Virus record (IMG/VR): IMGVR_UViG_3300038954_000199
DNA: 56,393 bases
Strand: one strand, 5' to 3'
From: an uncultured virus (IMG/VR IMGVR_UViG_3300038954_000199)
Lineage: Duplodnaviria > Heunggongvirae > Uroviricota > Caudoviricetes
Shown here: piece after piece, positions 1 to 9,811 of the stretch
How positions within the stretch are numbered: position 1 is the first letter of the stretch
How the letters are laid out: every line of letters starts with the position of its first letter
Made by a program: the position numbers and the translations under genes
The notes under the pieces: generated by a model
Database searches by the model: none
The model's input: only the letters and a program-made list of their open reading frames with translations
Told to the model about the DNA's origin: nothing

Positions 1-384
1 CCGACATTATCATTTAACGGGTTCTATGTATACGCGAATATTGCTAATGAAGAAGACCTTCTTGAATCAAGAATAGGATCAGAACTTACTGACGGTGAGA
101 CGGGAGTTGGTTCCTCTGCTGGTAGAATAGCAGGTATTCAATTGTTGATGTCTCTAGACCAGCAAAACATACCGTTTGATATTGTTGTTCGTCATGCATA
201 CCCCTCTACAATAGGATCTGCTCCAGGACCAAAAGTTTCAAATTCGGATTCTGCTTCTGGTAACATTGTTGGAGCCTATAAAAACTGTACGATTAGTGGA
301 ATGACGGTTCCTATCAATATAGGTACTGCTGCTATATCGGATAGTGGTAATATTTCGGTAGGTTACGTATCTAGCAAAGCATAA
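1..384 (+). CDS. Partial (5'-truncated) probable tail tube protein, C-terminal part
   Basis: Frame 1 is open from base 1 to TAA at 382-384, so it is longer than the listed 142..384 ORF. It has a beta-rich end (FDIVVR...YKNCTISGMTVPI) and lies just before the chaperone pair and tape measure. Confidence 0.5.
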   Translation, partial: PTLSFNGFYVYANIANEEDLLESRIGSELTDGETGVGSSAGRIAGIQLLMSLDQQNIPFDIVVRHAYPSTIGSAPGPKVSNSDSASGNIVGAYKNCTISGMTVPINIGTAAISDSGNISVGYVSSKA

Positions 385-420
385 TACGTAATTGTTTTTG
401 AATTTGGAAAGGATGAGCAC

Positions 421-1098
421 ATGGCTGGTGAACTTAAGGGTTCTCATAAATCTTCTGATATACTTTTCGATCTGACTCCTGAAGACGACAAAAATCTTCG
501 GGAGTCCGATCTTCTTGATCTCGTTAATCACGGACAATTAACAGATACTATTGATATTCCTGGTTTACACGGGTCCGTTTATCATGTCAGAGTCTCGTTA
601 CTTTGGGATGATGATTATATTGATATATTAAAACGCACTACTAATTATTCTAATGATCCTATCTTACGAGTTAAGCTGTTAAGAAAGCTTAAACTTCATA
701 CGGCAATTTCAGGTATTAACGATAAAGATTACAGTGACAAAAATGATCCTCGTGCACAACGAGAACTGTGGTTGATTTTAAGTCGGTTATCTGACACTCA
801 TATTGAGTATATAGATAAAAAATATGGTGAGTTAGAATTCACAAGAAATATGGATGTTATGGATGCAATGCAACAGATAACAGAAAAGTTTGACAAGACA
901 TCCCCAAATAACAAAGAAGAAGATGAACAAGAAACCAACCCGATTGATGAACATGTAGCAATGTTTCAAAATCAGGGTCAATCAGAAAAGAAAAAACCGG
1001 AAGATTTAAAAACAAACAAATCGGATAAACAACAAGATGACTCAGAAATCTCAAAACCCACTAAACAGAAAGTAGTTTCGGCTAAACAAAATGAATAG
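421..1098 (+). CDS. Putative tail assembly chaperone
   Basis: GAAAGGA Shine-Dalgarno (SD) before the ATG, acidic low-complexity C-terminus, and position between tube and tape measure. Confidence 0.5.
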   Translation: MAGELKGSHKSSDILFDLTPEDDKNLRESDLLDLVNHGQLTDTIDIPGLHGSVYHVRVSLLWDDDYIDILKRTTNYSNDPILRVKLLRKLKLHTAISGINDKDYSDKNDPRAQRELWLILSRLSDTHIEYIDKKYGELEFTRNMDVMDAMQQITEKFDKTSPNNKEEDEQETNPIDEHVAMFQNQGQSEKKKPEDLKTNKSDKQQDDSEISKPTKQKVVSAKQNE

Positions 1099-1486
1099 AG
1101 ATAGGTATAATACTGGTGGAGAATTAGAAACATTAGATCTAAGTGATTTAATTGTTCAGTGGAAAATAATGAGAGGTTTAGGATATAAGAGTTTATTTGA
1201 TCCTGAATTTAGAAGAGAAATAAAGAATCCTATAAGACGCGCAATTTACTATAGAATTGTTTTAGAAGAAGAGTATGAAAATCGTAAGTTTATAACTAAT
1301 CTATTAGACAGCGTATCAGATAAATTAGGTTATTTTTCTGACCCTGAATTGTATAAACAGTATCAAGGCACTAAAAAAAGAAAAGAAAATAAAAAAACGC
1401 AGGACGAGTTTGAGAAGCAACAACGACTACATGATTTCTCAGGTAGGGCAGAAGAGTTATCTCAAATAAAAGAAATACTTAAATAG
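1091..1486 (+). CDS. Putative second tail assembly chaperone
   Basis: 131 aa helical, charged ORF overlapping the previous gene, directly upstream of the tape measure gene. Confidence 0.4.
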   Translation: MNRDRYNTGGELETLDLSDLIVQWKIMRGLGYKSLFDPEFRREIKNPIRRAIYYRIVLEEEYENRKFITNLLDSVSDKLGYFSDPELYKQYQGTKKRKENKKTQDEFEKQQRLHDFSGRAEELSQIKEILK

Positions 1487-1530
1487 TAACCTACTACAGG
1501 GTAAGCCTCGGGGCTTTTAAACGTCACAGT

Positions 1531-4290
1531 ATGGCAGAACAAAATTTAGGAAATATGAATGTCGGTCTTGATAAAGATACGGCAAGAATGTTAGAGGATG
1601 TCGTGCAGAGTTCTTTACTTGTTGCGGAATATATGGAAAAGTCCGGAGAGAATGCTAAAAAGATACAGGAGAACTTAACTGATATTAGTAGTGACCAACG
1701 GGCGGTAGTTGAAAGTTTAAGGAATTATCAAAATATTTCTTATTCTATTTTGCAAAGTATGCAAAATGTGAAAGATGTTAATTCTTCGCTATTGGAAGTG
1801 CACAAAGGGATAACAGAAGAGCAGACAAAACAAATTTCAACAACGGAACGTCAAGTTCAACTCGATCAGAAAAAAAGAGAACAGGCTGTTAGAGATGCTG
1901 AAAAAGAAGGACAGAAATTATCAAAGGCTGTGACAAGTCCATTCGATGCTTTATCAAAAGGAGTTATGTCCAAATTGCCAGGTGTAGGTCAAGCTGCAAT
2001 GTTGGTAGGAGGAACCCTTGTTAATCAAGCTTCTAGGTCAGTTTCCCAAATGCGAGACATTACAAGAACAGGTGGAATGGGAATGGCTGAAGGAATGGGA
2101 GTCGGACAAAGTATTCAAACGGATCTTGCAATACGAGCTGCTGAATTGTCGATCCCATTTTTAAAGGAAAGTTACGGTACAAAAGGACAATTAGCTGCTG
2201 GTGCGGGTACGATGTTCGGATTAGGAGGTATCCGAGGAGAAGAGTTAACTGAGATGATGGAACGGTTACCAAAAGCTGCATATGAGGCAGGGGTATCTTT
2301 TGACGAGGCATCTATGATGATGGCTAAATTAAATAGAGTATTGGATACAACTCCAGATAAATTAATAACGTCCTTTGAAAATATAGCAGACGCTGCACGA
2401 GAAGCAGGTGCAAACGTATCCGAATGGGAAAAATTTGTAGTTGATGCAACTGTAGAAAATGCTAAATACGGTGCAACAGAAAAACAGATACTTAAGATTA
2501 GAGAAGCCACCTACACAGCGGAAAGAGAAGAACTTATAACTAGACAAGAATTAAACAGTCTAATATCAAAAGCATATGCTGCTAGACTTAATGAGAAGGA
2601 AATTATTGAAAGATTAAATGAATCTTTTGAAGTATCTGAAAAACGTAATATTGGAGTATCAGAGCAATTAAACCTTCGTGCTGATCTCGAAGCCACGTTA
2701 CTTCCCTTATTAAAGGACTCCGTAGATGCCCATGAATTGACTGGAGGGGTATTAGTAGATTATGCTGAAAAAGTTGGTAGGGGTGCTAGAGAAACAAAAA
2801 CTCTTACCGGGGTTGTTTCTGAACTTTCTCCTATTATGGGAACAACAAAAGATTCCTTAAAAAGCATGGTTAATTTCGCAGATGAAGTGGAAGGATTTTC
2901 ACGCTCATTTGGTTATAACTCGGAACAACTATCAAAAAGTGCTTCGGAAGTCTCTAAAACTTTATATGTTTTGACAAAAGACCAAGAGTTAGCCTATTCT
3001 GGAGGGATTTCAATTACTAAAGAATTTGCAAAAGAATTACATGAAGGAACAGTAGGTGTAAACGAAATAACTGGACAAATTTCTAAATTATCAGAAACCT
3101 TTAATATGTCAGCAGTTGCTATAATGGACAATATTAAAAATGTTAAAGTGTTGAGCAATGCATTTGATGTGTCAACGTCAACAGCACTTAAATGGCAATC
3201 TGGTATGGCTGATGGAATGCAAGAATTATTTACAGATCCCTCCACGTCTTTTAAAGCCGCTAATCAAGCATTGGCAGCTACTATACCTCTTCTTAAAGAA
3301 GGTAAAATGCAATTAGGAGATTATTCAAAAGTATTACGAAATCAAATGGATGTTTATCATTTGAGTGGGACAGAAGCAACCACTCAATTTAATACGCTTG
3401 CACATATAGTTTCTAAAACAAATGTAAGGATGTCGGAATTATCGTCTCAAACCGAGCAATTATCTAAAATATCCAAACAATTAGGTGTTGACCAAACAGC
3501 TACAACATCATTACTTGTAAGATTTAATGAAAACCTTCGTGATGGTTCAGCAAGTTTACAAGATTTAGAAGCAATCATGAAAGGTAAACGAGGTGCTGCT
3601 CCTGGACCTAGTTCAATGCTTATACAGCAATTGTCCGGTATGGGAGGACCTCTTGGCGAGATGTTTTCAAGAGAAGGTCAATTAGGAGGTCAATACGTTC
3701 TTCCAGAATTAATAAGGACCGCTACGGAAGGAACGCTTCCTAATCGTGCTGTTAGAGAAGCTCTCGGTAGAGGTAACGTATCCGGTGGTGAATTTTGGGA
3801 ATCTTTAGGTGGTAGAGAGCAAGTATTAAAACAATTGGGAAGTATGACTTCAGGTATAATAAATGATCTTGTTCCTGGAGAGACGGAAGCTCAAAGAGTA
3901 CAAGCATTTAAAATGATGTCTCCGGATTTATTAGGCCAACAATTACAAGCATATGGACCGGGTCTTCTAAAAGCCTATGACCTTTTTAAAGGAGAGGCAT
4001 CGATAGAAAGTTTAAAGGGTACGTTACCCGAAACACCTGATCCAAATGCACCTATTAAAGTAACGGCAACGAATACTAAAGAAACAGTTAATCAATTAAA
4101 GTTACTAAGAAAAGAACTTACTAATTATTCTACGGGATCATCTGAAACTACAGGAGAAAAATTACTTAGAACTGTTAGAGGAGCAAGAAAGGATATTGTA
4201 GGATTGTTACCAGGTGGGAAACCCTCGGACATCTTTGGACCTGGTACAAACCCGGATCCCCCTATAAAAATACGTACTACGGGACCATGA
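1531..4290 (+). CDS. Tail tape measure protein
   Basis: 919 aa, helical, Ala/Gly/Ser/Glu-rich, with repeated (F/Y)GV-type helical units; canonical position before the hub genes. Confidence 0.8.
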   Translation: MAEQNLGNMNVGLDKDTARMLEDVVQSSLLVAEYMEKSGENAKKIQENLTDISSDQRAVVESLRNYQNISYSILQSMQNVKDVNSSLLEVHKGITEEQTKQISTTERQVQLDQKKREQAVRDAEKEGQKLSKAVTSPFDALSKGVMSKLPGVGQAAMLVGGTLVNQASRSVSQMRDITRTGGMGMAEGMGVGQSIQTDLAIRAAELSIPFLKESYGTKGQLAAGAGTMFGLGGIRGEELTEMMERLPKAAYEAGVSFDEASMMMAKLNRVLDTTPDKLITSFENIADAAREAGANVSEWEKFVVDATVENAKYGATEKQILKIREATYTAEREELITRQELNSLISKAYAARLNEKEIIERLNESFEVSEKRNIGVSEQLNLRADLEATLLPLLKDSVDAHELTGGVLVDYAEKVGRGARETKTLTGVVSELSPIMGTTKDSLKSMVNFADEVEGFSRSFGYNSEQLSKSASEVSKTLYVLTKDQELAYSGGISITKEFAKELHEGTVGVNEITGQISKLSETFNMSAVAIMDNIKNVKVLSNAFDVSTSTALKWQSGMADGMQELFTDPSTSFKAANQALAATIPLLKEGKMQLGDYSKVLRNQMDVYHLSGTEATTQFNTLAHIVSKTNVRMSELSSQTEQLSKISKQLGVDQTATTSLLVRFNENLRDGSASLQDLEAIMKGKRGAAPGPSSMLIQQLSGMGGPLGEMFSREGQLGGQYVLPELIRTATEGTLPNRAVREALGRGNVSGGEFWESLGGREQVLKQLGSMTSGIINDLVPGETEAQRVQAFKMMSPDLLGQQLQAYGPGLLKAYDLFKGEASIESLKGTLPETPDPNAPIKVTATNTKETVNQLKLLRKELTNYSTGSSETTGEKLLRTVRGARKDIVGLLPGGKPSDIFGPGTNPDPPIKIRTTGP

Positions 4291-4347
4291 TCCGCCGTAT
4301 GAGTATAGGTGTGTAGTAAACTATAAAAACAATAATACTACTATTCT

Positions 4348-5151
4348 ATGAATTATAACACAATACTAAAAGAATCAGTATTTAAAGCGGGTCGTGCAAT
4401 ATGGGCTAATATGCATACGGCTGTTGTAATACCAATTAATAACATATTTAATTTTAATTTTTTTGGTAAAGATGCCGGGACACTTACAAAGAAAGGAACT
4501 ATTTCTCCTGGGGATACAAAATCAAATATCGAATTTCTATCTCGGACATTGTCATATAATTTAATTAGTTCTGTTATTCAATCACCGAATCTAGGACTTG
4601 AAGCTGCGGTTTCTGAATTAATGTTTATTACGGGTAGTTATTGGTATTATAAATTTCTTATTAATCCACAAAATTTTTCATTATCAAATACCAAATTACA
4701 AAACATATCTGAAACTTCTGATATTACTATAATAAATACTTATAGAAATCAAGCCCCAACACTTAATCTATCTGGTATATCCGGATGTACTCTACCACGA
4801 AAATTCATGCAAATTTCAAACACTGATACGGAATTACCGACAGAAAGCTTTTCTAGATATCCAAAGCTATCTGCTGCGTGGGTAAAATTCAGGCAGTTAG
4901 AAAAATTTTATAATGATATAAATTCAGATGTTGTTCTTATGTATGATATGGATTTGTATGTTGGTAAGTTTGTTAGTTTTAATTATAACCAAGATGCCAA
5001 TAATCCATGGGTAATAAATTATGATCTTCAAATGAGAATTTATCCTGGAATGGTTTTACATACTACAACGGTTTACGACTATGCACCATTTTTTAATAAA
5101 ATGGTTGAGAGATATGCAACACAATTTTCTAAAAATTTTGAGGGAAAATGA
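4348..5151 (+). CDS. Tail tube initiator / baseplate hub adaptor
   Basis: FLINPQNFS...LNLSGISG...YVGKFVSFNYNQDANNPWVINYDL pattern typical of tube-fold initiator proteins that follow the tape measure. Confidence 0.6.
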   Translation: MNYNTILKESVFKAGRAIWANMHTAVVIPINNIFNFNFFGKDAGTLTKKGTISPGDTKSNIEFLSRTLSYNLISSVIQSPNLGLEAAVSELMFITGSYWYYKFLINPQNFSLSNTKLQNISETSDITIINTYRNQAPTLNLSGISGCTLPRKFMQISNTDTELPTESFSRYPKLSAAWVKFRQLEKFYNDINSDVVLMYDMDLYVGKFVSFNYNQDANNPWVINYDLQMRIYPGMVLHTTTVYDYAPFFNKMVERYATQFSKNFEGK

Positions 5152-7478
5152 GTTTTGTAGAACGACAATCTCCGGAAGCAACCGTTTATGCGTATATACA
5201 AGATCCTGTTTATGGATCACAACAACGTAAATTGGTAGAAATATTAGGTTTTAATTCCGTATCGGCTACAATAAGTATGTCTGGACCAGGATCAGCAAAT
5301 ATTACTATTCCTAATTATAAAAGTAGTTTAATTCGATATGTATCTTATGACTCAATAAAGGAATTGGAAACAGAAGGTCGTGGAAAAGAAACAACTGATC
5401 GCAACATTTCCAATAGAATAGCTTCTACCACCACACTATTTCCTTCAGTTTGGCGAGATACGTTAGTAGATACTGTTGATCCCAAGTCTTCAGGTAATGC
5501 GGCAAAGAACACTATTAAGAGTAGTCGATCATTTGGTAATGTGGTAAGAGACACTAATAGTATTGACATAATTAAAGATAAATATATAATGCATTCTGTG
5601 CCTGTATTTAATACTATGGACCCGATATTTATTGACTTTAAGGGGCAAGACGGTTTTTGGTATGCAGGATTTACGGGGTTAATATCAAGAGTGGTTGATG
5701 ATTATACAAAAACAGGGAATCAAAGCATAACGTTAGTTTGCGGTGATCCTACAATGTTATTCGATAACATTTCTCTTGTAAGTGGTTGGAATAGATTAGC
5801 AGTTTCAGAACAGCAAACAAATTTAAGTGACTTTATTTACAGCACTGAATTTAATGTTCAGGCTAGTAAACACGCTGCGTTTAAAACGATATTTCAAAAA
5901 TATGATAGTGTTGTGGATATAATACTTGCAGTTGTTGATACTGCACAAAATTTGTGGAGACTTGATGATCAATTTGGGGAAAATATCGGTGTTACAGCTT
6001 TTAAGTATGACACATCAAAAGTATATGAATATAATGGTATTTCAGCACGTAGAGGATCTGCACAAGAAGTTAGTGATATTGAAAACATGAACCCGGAGTT
6101 TTTTAAAGATGCCTATAAGTTAAAAGAAAAACACTATATCTATACCGGGGAAAAGTTGTACAGTCGAACACCTTTTGAGGGGAAGAAGTATATATTTGTA
6201 GATCCTCTGATTAAAGAGTTCGATAATATTTTTATTCATAAATTATTATCTAATAGTTTATCACTTTATAAAGATTCCTTACAATCTACAGATGCTGTAT
6301 TAAATGACTTGGCTGCAAAAATGTTATGTTATAAACATTTTGATGCAAACGGTAATTTAATATTTGAATTACCTCGATATAACGCGTTTCCTAATTTGTT
6401 TGATTATGGTGGTAGATCTACCGCTTCGGTAATACGTCATCAAGCACCAAAAACAGGCCGCCCGCCAAAAAGAGAACCAAGAAAAACTACTGTGTCAGAA
6501 GGGGAAACCGAGAAATCTGTAGCTACTAGAAGTAATACCACCGTTACTAATTTAAGAAATCTAAATAATTATCCAAATGGGTCGGCGTATGTTAGAAGGC
6601 AACGTCCTGATGGTTCATATATCACTAGTTTAAAAGAAGGTGCTGAAGTAATCGTAGGAACTACCATAACAAAAAAATATAAGAAGGAAAAAGCAAAATT
6701 TCTATCGGTTCAACCTAAAGAAACTATTCACCTTACGGGTTCAGAAGACACGGCTATTGTGATACCTATTCTTGGTGAAGATGGATATATTACTGTTGAC
6801 CAAAAAGAATTGGATGAATACAGTTGGTATACGCTTAATTTTCACGGTAAAAATTATATGATATCTCATGATGACTTTATATCATTTAACACCTCTCAAG
6901 ATGAATCTAAAGTATTTACCGTTGCTGCTACTGATACAACCTATCCTTATATGGAAAAAGTTTCGGATAATCTAAGATTTTCTACACACTCTCTTTATGG
7001 TGTTGCCGTAGCTAATTATGATTCACTCGCTAAATACGGTGTTAGAAGATTTCAAACACAAACATTGTATAACGTTATATGGCCCACACCATCTCATATA
7101 ATCGGTAGTAGAGTTTTATCGTATCAAGCTAAAGCAATACTGGACAGAATGAATGCCCAAGTAGACTCTGGTTCCATACAAGTTAAGCACAGACCGGAAT
7201 TACAAGTAGGACGTACATTTATAAATCAGTTACGTATGAAGTCATATTTGATAATGTCAACCACAAATTCATGGTCTCCCGGAGGTGAACATTCTACTAC
7301 TCTTAATGTGTCATATGGTCATCCTGTATATAAAGCGTTGGAGATGCCATGGACAGCCATATTTTCGGAGCCTGATGTATTTGGGTTTAAGAATGGACTA
7401 GCTAGTTTTACTACAATAAAGAATGTACGTGAAAACGGGGAATTAAAACCGGATGAAGAGCTAAAGGATGTAGAGTGA
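5148..7478 (+). CDS. Baseplate hub (gp27/gpD-like) with LysM-like insertion
   Basis: GSANITIPN, FTGLISRV, KYGVRRF, RPELQVGR and HSTTLNVSYG are hub-like motifs; ATGA overlap with the upstream gene. Confidence 0.7.
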   Translation: MSFVERQSPEATVYAYIQDPVYGSQQRKLVEILGFNSVSATISMSGPGSANITIPNYKSSLIRYVSYDSIKELETEGRGKETTDRNISNRIASTTTLFPSVWRDTLVDTVDPKSSGNAAKNTIKSSRSFGNVVRDTNSIDIIKDKYIMHSVPVFNTMDPIFIDFKGQDGFWYAGFTGLISRVVDDYTKTGNQSITLVCGDPTMLFDNISLVSGWNRLAVSEQQTNLSDFIYSTEFNVQASKHAAFKTIFQKYDSVVDIILAVVDTAQNLWRLDDQFGENIGVTAFKYDTSKVYEYNGISARRGSAQEVSDIENMNPEFFKDAYKLKEKHYIYTGEKLYSRTPFEGKKYIFVDPLIKEFDNIFIHKLLSNSLSLYKDSLQSTDAVLNDLAAKMLCYKHFDANGNLIFELPRYNAFPNLFDYGGRSTASVIRHQAPKTGRPPKREPRKTTVSEGETEKSVATRSNTTVTNLRNLNNYPNGSAYVRRQRPDGSYITSLKEGAEVIVGTTITKKYKKEKAKFLSVQPKETIHLTGSEDTAIVIPILGEDGYITVDQKELDEYSWYTLNFHGKNYMISHDDFISFNTSQDESKVFTVAATDTTYPYMEKVSDNLRFSTHSLYGVAVANYDSLAKYGVRRFQTQTLYNVIWPTPSHIIGSRVLSYQAKAILDRMNAQVDSGSIQVKHRPELQVGRTFINQLRMKSYLIMSTTNSWSPGGEHSTTLNVSYGHPVYKALEMPWTAIFSEPDVFGFKNGLASFTTIKNVRENGELKPDEELKDVE

Positions 7479-9007
7479 TTGAACAAGAGTCCTCCTTCTT
7501 AAATAATGTTCAGACTGGTCTTGTAATGCATGAAGAGGGCATTATAAGAGGACGTAATATAATAGAATTATCGGGTCTTACTCCAGAATTGGGTGCTGCT
7601 CCTGTTAACGGACCTTCTGGGAATAAAGGTCAGTATATATGGGATGGAACATATGTAGTAGAGCTAGATCGCGGTTTTACAATTGATGGTGTATATCATA
7701 TGTGCCAAGTAGGTTTTGCTGGTCAAGATCAAGCTGTTTTGTGTTGGGGCGAACGTGTTACTGTTGGGTGGTTAAATAGAAGGAATATACAAATACCCAT
7801 TATAATAACGGACAATACACTTGACTATTATAATAAGTTATTATTAAGTAGAGGCCATTTGCTTGATTACGGTGAACGTATTATACGATCAGCTATGGCG
7901 GCTAGTCCTGGAGCAAATGGGGACTATCCTTTTTCAGACAACCAATTTAATAATCCAAAAACACAGTTAACAGAAAATAATGATTATGATGAAAGTAATG
8001 CTAAAGTAGTAAACCTACCAGGGAGTGAAACCTTTTATGATAAATTTGGTAGAATCATAAATCTCTCCCGTCAACCAAATAATGAATTTTTAGAAACTTT
8101 TGGGAAAACGGATTCTGGTCAAGATTATATTGATGATCTTGATACAATTGATGAACAAGATTCTTACTATGACCAAATATCTTCGGATGAATCCGATCCG
8201 ATAAATCCGGAAGAGCCGTTTGCACCAAAAAGAATTAATCTTAATCAATATCAACAAAATATAAAAGATTTTAAAATTGTTGGGGACCCCGATTCTACCC
8301 GAACAGTTAGACGTGGACTACTACCAAGATTTGATAAATGGAAATTTTTACCGATTGTTATTAGGAAATATGAAGAGAACTCCGACGGGGTGGTAGAATC
8401 TACCACTTATTCTGAAAAACAAGAAAGAAGTAATACTGTTATTGGTGACACTATTACGTATGGTTATACACGGACAATAACAAATAAAGGTGATATTAAA
8501 GAGTTTGTTCCTCGTCATGTAAATCGTCGTATTGTTGGCGATAAATTAGAATCTTTAGGAGGAAATTACGATTTTAAAATAAAAACAAATGATAGACTTA
8601 GTGATGGTTCCACAAACCCAACAAATTTGATTCATCAGGAAATGCTTAAGGATGGAACATACAGGTTAAAAGTAAATGAGAATGTTTCGACAGAAACATC
8701 AAACTTCAATACGACTATTTTACCATCTGGAACAACATCAGTTACATCTAATGAGAAAATAATTATATACTCAGATAAAAACATATATTTAGGTGGGGAA
8801 GAAAGTTCTCAGTCTATATTACTGGGAGATACTTTTAAGTCGTTATTTGAACAATTAGGTGATGCCCTTAATAATTGGGTTCCTATTACAGGAGATGGTG
8901 GTGGTGCTCTAAAGACGTTATTAACATCTTTTCTTACTGCTTATAATACCTCTAAAACTTCTGGCCAACCTAATTATTATTTGTCTGAAAAGCAAAAGGT
9001 GGTATGA
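7475..9007 (+). CDS. Baseplate central spike (gpV/gp138-like)
   Basis: N-terminal OB-like WGERVTVGW; C-terminal IYLGG...ILLGDTFKSL...GDGGGALK as in myophage spikes; follows the hub. Confidence 0.65.
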   Translation: MIEQESSFLNNVQTGLVMHEEGIIRGRNIIELSGLTPELGAAPVNGPSGNKGQYIWDGTYVVELDRGFTIDGVYHMCQVGFAGQDQAVLCWGERVTVGWLNRRNIQIPIIITDNTLDYYNKLLLSRGHLLDYGERIIRSAMAASPGANGDYPFSDNQFNNPKTQLTENNDYDESNAKVVNLPGSETFYDKFGRIINLSRQPNNEFLETFGKTDSGQDYIDDLDTIDEQDSYYDQISSDESDPINPEEPFAPKRINLNQYQQNIKDFKIVGDPDSTRTVRRGLLPRFDKWKFLPIVIRKYEENSDGVVESTTYSEKQERSNTVIGDTITYGYTRTITNKGDIKEFVPRHVNRRIVGDKLESLGGNYDFKIKTNDRLSDGSTNPTNLIHQEMLKDGTYRLKVNENVSTETSNFNTTILPSGTTSVTSNEKIIIYSDKNIYLGGEESSQSILLGDTFKSLFEQLGDALNNWVPITGDGGGALKTLLTSFLTAYNTSKTSGQPNYYLSEKQKVV

Positions 9008-9312
9008 TGGCTCTTAACAAAGCAGCGTTTAAGACATCATTAAAATCTGCGCTCAAGTCGCAGTTAGATGAATTGTTTACTTACGGAGTAGATAATTATT
9101 CCGGTGATAATAAAACGGCTATTCTTAATTCCGGATATGCCAACGCAGAACGTTGGTCCGAGTCCTTGTCTGACGTAATTAGTAATCAAGTTGATACATA
9201 TATAAAAACAGCAACGGTTACTGTTCCGAGTGGAATACCCGTAACCACCGCAGGTACGGCGGCAGCTCAGACAGGAACTACAACAGCACCAGGAATAGGA
9301 ACAGTTTCTTAA
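9004..9312 (+). CDS. Small spike-associated (tip-like) structural protein
   Basis: Helical N-half plus Thr/Gly-rich C-terminus (TVTVPSGIPVTTAGTAAAQTGTTTAPGIGTVS); lies between spike and gp25-like gene. Confidence 0.45.
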   Translation: MMALNKAAFKTSLKSALKSQLDELFTYGVDNYSGDNKTAILNSGYANAERWSESLSDVISNQVDTYIKTATVTVPSGIPVTTAGTAAAQTGTTTAPGIGTVS

Positions 9313-9325
9313 AATAATTAATTTT

Positions 9326-9805
9326 ATGGAAACACCGAAAAAATATTTTCAGTTAGTTAATTATGAAAACCAAAATGTATTAGATATTGTTTTTGGTGAG
9401 AGCAATTCGTCTACTGATGAGTGGTACTACTGTGATTGGGATTTAGATGGAAATGGTAATTTAAGAACAATCAGCAGACAAGATGCTATGGTACAGTCTA
9501 CTCTTAAAGGCATATTTACAGAACGGCAAGATAGCGGGTATGGAACAAACATTTTTGATCTCATCGGTGAAAAAGACATTATGGTGAAACGAAGTTCCTT
9601 ATTAATGGATCTCACTATATCTATCTTAGCTATGAAATCATTTTCGGATGTCGAAGCAGAAAGACAAAACCTTTCTGAATACGATAGAATATTAACTGTT
9701 AGTTCTTTGTCGGTTAATGAAGAAGATGGTAGTCCTGATGTTACTAGAATAAAATTATCTCTTGTAAACATGAATGAGGATACTGTCCCAATTAACGTAG
9801 TGTAG
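9326..9805 (+). CDS. Baseplate gp25/gp46-like sheath-initiator wedge protein
   Basis: DWDLDGNGNL...QSTLKGIFTE...YGTNIFDLIG pattern; immediately precedes baseplate J. Confidence 0.65.
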   Translation: METPKKYFQLVNYENQNVLDIVFGESNSSTDEWYYCDWDLDGNGNLRTISRQDAMVQSTLKGIFTERQDSGYGTNIFDLIGEKDIMVKRSSLLMDLTISILAMKSFSDVEAERQNLSEYDRILTVSSLSVNEEDGSPDVTRIKLSLVNMNEDTVPINVV

Positions 9806-9811
9806 GATTTT

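Noticed and set aside
1005..1011. Slippery heptamer T TTA AAA in the first chaperone gene, suggesting a lambda G/GT-type -1 frameshift
   Set aside because: The next ORF (1091) is in the +1 frame, and that frame has a TAG at 1073, so a shift here cannot join the two genes.
1504..1520. Small hairpin aagcc-tcgg-ggctt before the tape measure gene as a terminator
   Set aside because: The stem is short with a weak U-tract, too marginal to call.
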